This document shows positions 59,856-64,000 of a DNA stretch of 64,000 nt, piece by piece. Under the pieces are notes generated by a model that ran no database searches, was not told the origin of the DNA, and saw only the letters and a list, made by a program, of their open reading frames with translations. This DNA is from Moniliella sp. 'wahieum' (taxonomy: Eukaryota). Numbering within the stretch: the first letter of the stretch is position 1; each line of letters opens with the position of its first letter. Both the position numbers and the translations under genes were made by a program. The stretch spans positions 1-64,000 of the forward strand of contig RSEE01000130.1 in assembly GCA_003971905.1 (NCBI GenBank), given 5' to 3'.

Positions 59856-62741
59856 TTACTCCTTACTTGGCTCGTCCGCGCGGGGCAGCACCGACGCCGC
59901 GGCGAGCGCGCCGGCGGGTCGTCGCCGAGCGGGAGGGAGCTGACGCTAGGCAAGCGAGAGTGCACCGAGCGCGGCGAAGTAAGCACGATGGTCGGTGGCA
60001 ACTGCCGCCCGGTCTGAGCGAAAGGGTGAGACGGCAAGTGGAAATGTAAGCTCCATCCTGCGGGGCCCAAGGCCGCTCGGACCGCTGGATCGTTCGCTCT
60101 TCCTCCGCCTCGGGCGAGAGGGCGAGAGGGGCAGGGGTGAACGGGACGAGAAGGGCAAGTCCTCCACGTCCAGCACTTGGCTCGCCGATCGACCAACTAC
60201 CAGCAGACCCGGCTGGCACGTACTGGTGTAGTCTAGTAGCGTGCGCAGCTGCTCTTCGGCCGGAAGCAGCGCACACTCACCCTACTCCGCATCGAGGGCG
60301 TACGGGCCAAATGCGCGTGCAGGCGATCAAACGTCAGTCGTCCACCAGCTCGGTGGGCGAGCGCAGTTCGTGCGATTCCATCGGCTGAGTCGTCGCTGCG
60401 TCCGTCCACCCGCACCCCACCTGCGCCTTCGTCTTCCCCCTCGCTCGAGTGGTAGCTCGCGGCGAAGCAAACCGGAGCACACTGAGGTGCACCCCGCCAT
60501 TTTGAGCGACCAACACCAGTCCCAGTTCGAGCGCCGCACGCGCATCTGCCCCGCCCAAAAACGCTACGCAGACATGATGCGTATCAAACATGCGTGCGCT
60601 CCTACCGGGCGTGACGGGCGCTGAGCAAGGTGGCAACAACACAGGATGCTGAGCGCTGCACTTTGCGCACCAACAGAGCGTGGTCCGCACCGCCCACGAC
60701 CACCTCGTGCGGCGCCCAGGGCAACCAAGCGTGTCCACCCCTCCGGCCTTGGCCCCAGATAAAATCGCATCGCCTGGTCGGCCGGCGTGGGCGGCACCAC
60801 AGCTACCCTTGCATGGCTCGGTAGCGCATGGAGCTGACAAGCAGTTTGGAACACGGCCCAGACGCTGTCCGATACGAGCGTGTCCTCCGTCGCGGACGCG
60901 CGCATCACAGCGCTCGTCCGGTCCGTCAGTTCCAGCAGACGAAGCGTGTCGAGGTGCAGAAGACCCTTGCTCGTCGATCCCGGTACACGAGGGGGGGGGG
61001 CGGGCTGCGCCAGTACAGGTACCGGTGGACGTAGCTGTGGTAGTATACTCGACTGTGCAACCCTCGGTCACATCTACCTCCTTGGTCTTGGTCGTCTTGC
61101 TGCCAAAGTAGAGACTGCTGCTGTCGGTCGCGTTGGACGGGGTACGGATAGCTCGCCGCGTGGCTGGACCGGCGCGAGGAACTGAACGATGGTCATGAGG
61201 ACCGGGAGATGTTCGAGGCAGTCGAGCACGACGCGCAGGCGTCGTGGTCGGCGAGCAGAAGGGCAACAGGATCGTCCTGCGGCTGCGCAGGCGTGCCGGT
61301 TGGGCCGGTCGGGGCGGGAGCGACACCGACAGGCGATTTGTCAGGGGGAGAGTGTTGGAAGTTGCCGTGGTCGTCGAGGGTGGTACGTACGTGGGGCGGG
61401 TAGGCCCAGATGGTCAGGGGCGTGGTGGCGATGGTCGAGACGAGTGCCATGACACAAACATGCTAAACGTACGTGTATCCAGGATCTTGGCATTCAACCC
61501 ACGTTGAGCACAATCAGTTCCACCAGTCCTTTGCAGCTCATGAGCGTGCCCACCGCAAGCGATTCGCGGTTCCGACAGCCACAGCTTGGCTGCCGCTGCG
61601 CACGAGAGGAACTTGCTGGTAAACGCGACGGCCGTCACGCCTACCAGGTACCCCCATACCGTGCCATTGTCCAGCGAGGCCAGGTTGGTGTTGATGCCAG
61701 AGAGGGTGAAGTAGATGGGCAAGAAGAGGGCCGAGACGAGGTCTTCGATCTTCTCGACCAGTGCAATTGCAAAGCCACCATCATGCGGCACGATCAGGCC
61801 CACAAAAAACGCACCAAAGATGGGGTGCACACCAATGATATCGGTGAGCCAGGCGGAGAGGAGAACGAGAAGAAGGGTGGCAGTCAGCACCATGGGGCTC
61901 GGACCACGCTCCAGCGCGCCGCTGCGACGTAGCACCCAGACAAACACTGGGCGGACGAGGAAGATGAGAACCAAGACCCAGCCCAGGGCAATGAGCAAAA
62001 TGTACACTGCAATCACGCCGGACGAAGCATTGACAAGCGCAACGGTCAACGCCAGCAGGATCCAGCCGACAATGTCGTTGCCTACGCCGGCGGCGAGCAC
62101 AATGACGCCGACCTTGGTCTGGGTGAGCTTTTGCTCGGTGAGGATGCGCGCCAAGACAGGAAAGGCAGTGATGGCAATGGCGACACCGGTAAAGAGGATA
62201 AAGTGACCAAAGGTAACGTTGGCATGATCGATCATGTCGTTGTAGATGCCGACGCTGATGGCGGCGCCCAGGCCAAAGGGGACGATGATGCCGGTGAGGC
62301 CGACGGTATGGCCTCCTTGTAGCACTTTTGGATCGCACGAAAGTCGACTTCGAGGCCGACGAGGAAGAGGAAGAGGATGAGGCCGAGGGTGGAGACGAGG
62401 TTGAGGAAGGGCAGGCTGGGGGCGGGAAGATGTGGTGGGTGAAGCCGGGGATGCGACCAAACACGGTGGGGCCGAGGAGGATGCCGCCGATGACCTCGGC
62501 AATCACACGCGGCGGTGGAGGTAGGTGCCGATCCATCCGAGCAGGCGGGTGAAGCAGACGATGATGATGGCCTGGATGATGAAGAGGCGGATGGGGTCGC
62601 TGGAGCTGAAGGTGGTGGGGTCGAGGCCGGTGAGGATGTTGTCGAGGCGACGTGGTCCGCGCGGCGCACGAGCAGCGCCTCGTCCAGCACATCGGACAGG
62701 GGCGTGGAGGGAGAGGTGGCGGGGCCCAGATGGCTCCACAT
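59856..62741 (-). CDS. KHA1: K+/H+ antiporter (CPA2 family)
   Basis: DPIRLFIIQ, PRVIAEVIGGILLGPTVFGRIPGF, LFLVGLEVD, ITAFPVLARIL, AGVGNDIVGW, HPIFGAF, FLPIYFTLSG; C-terminal FLGGADARAALEL. Frameshifts; ends approximate. Confidence 0.93.
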
Positions 62742-63611
62742 TGGCCGGGGCGGAAGAGGAGGAGGTGGTGGGGCAAAAGAAAGGCAGCGTCTCAAGTGGC
62801 TTTGTTGTTGTGCCGCCACCGGCAGGGTGCGTGTCGGGCCGCAGTGCCGCTTCCACTGCCGCTGCGCGCGACGACGACGGCGACGACCAACACGGCGGGC
62901 CAGCGCCTGGCCACGCGCTGGATGATGCTCCCCGCGCCCAAGCAAGCGCTCTGCCCCCGCGCACCCCATCGAGTTGCCCCCTGATCGTCCGTCCGGCGTC
63001 AGCCGTCAGGCCTGCTCACCGCCTCACCGCCACCACCCATCATCACATCTGCCCCAACCCACCCCCACAACCCCAGGCGTCCCCCTGAGCACGCCGAGCA
63101 CGCCTCCACACGCCATCGACCGTCTGCGTGGGGTTACTACGTACCCAACGTCCAATCCCATCTGGTGCGACGCGCTATGTACACGCCAACACGCCCTTAG
63201 CCCTGTCCGTGCGCTTCGTCCTAACCCCTAACTCGAGCCCCCATCCCCACCCACGTGCCGGCAACTGCCCCATCCCATCCCAATCCCAGCCCATCCCAGC
63301 CCATCCCCCATGCGCTCGCCTGCCCGGACTGGGCCGTGCACCTGCCTTAAACCCCCGTCGCCTGGCAGCGCGTGGTCCGTGCTGGCAATCTATCCGCCCC
63401 GCCCATCCCACACGCGCCTCGGACCTAAGACCTGCATAGCCCATGCTCATGCTCATGCTCATATTCATGCTCATGCCCATGGGGGTGTCGCTCTTGCGCG
63501 TCTGGGTCTGGTAGGTCAGCTCGCCGGCGTGGTGGGGGCTGCGCAGGTTGCGTGGCGGCCTGGCACGCCTACTCGACCTGGTTCGACGGCCTGGCGGGCT
63601 GGAGGTGGAGT

Positions 63612-63718
63612 CATTGTCGCTGTCGTTGTCGCTGTCGCTGTCGCTGTCGCTGTCGTTGTCGCTGTCGCTGTCGTTGTCGCTGTCGTTGTCGCTGTCGTTG
63701 TCGTTGTCGCTGTCGCTG
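63612..63718 (+). repeat. (GTCGCT/GTCGTT)n hexamer microsatellite
   Basis: About 17 units; would encode (DS/DN)n or poly-T/A on the minus strand. Confidence 0.92.
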
Positions 63719-64000
63719 AGGTACGTGTTGGGGAACAGGCAGACGGGGAGGAGGGACAAGGGGAGATGGATTGGGTGCGTAGATGCCAGGAGTCCAACTT
63801 AGCACAGCCAAGTACTCTACGCGCCGCACAAACCACCACCCCAAACTACCCACATAGGAACGCGGCCGCGTCTGTCACCTGGCCTACTCCCCACTACGGG
63901 TCATTACACAGTACACAGTACACATGCCCAGCACACAACACCATCCATTAGCCGAGGCTGCGCGGGCAAGCCAGCGCATCTTACTTCTTGCGTTTGCGTC

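Overview
GC-rich, gene-dense eukaryotic DNA with short GT-AG introns (GTACGT/GTGAGT donors, CTAAC/CTGAC branch sites). It is most consistent with a basidiomycete fungus, probably smut-related (Ustilaginomycotina); this is an inference from gene content and structure. Almost every long gene carries 1-nt frameshifts, so the assembly looks unpolished and many gene ends are approximate. Recognisable genes, in order: SNF1/AMPK beta subunit (last exon), LYS2, a TPX2-C-domain protein, an MRH4-like DEAD-box helicase, an ENV7/STK16 kinase, RDH54/RAD54B, LOS1, POB3, a perilipin/CAP20-like protein, a secreted repeat protein, TPS1, COX19, an SVIP-like protein, CPD1, APT1, a 3-hydroxyacyl-CoA dehydrogenase-family protein, DIM1, DIB1, a class-1 DHODH-like (probable dihydrouracil oxidase) enzyme, MIM2 and KHA1. 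The most notable observations are: (1) a pervasive family of 7-nt intergenic tandem repeats, each a different A....T 6-bp palindrome plus one spacer base; (2) a telomere-like promoter motif, CAACCCTAG, seen 7 times, always about 85-220 bp upstream of a start codon; (3) a spliced zinc-ribbon microprotein, absent from the ORF track, divergent from LYS2, plus a second zinc-ribbon ORF; (4) an ENV7 kinase lacking its N-lobe; (5) a probable decayed tyrosine-recombinase retroelement with an ~80-bp direct repeat.
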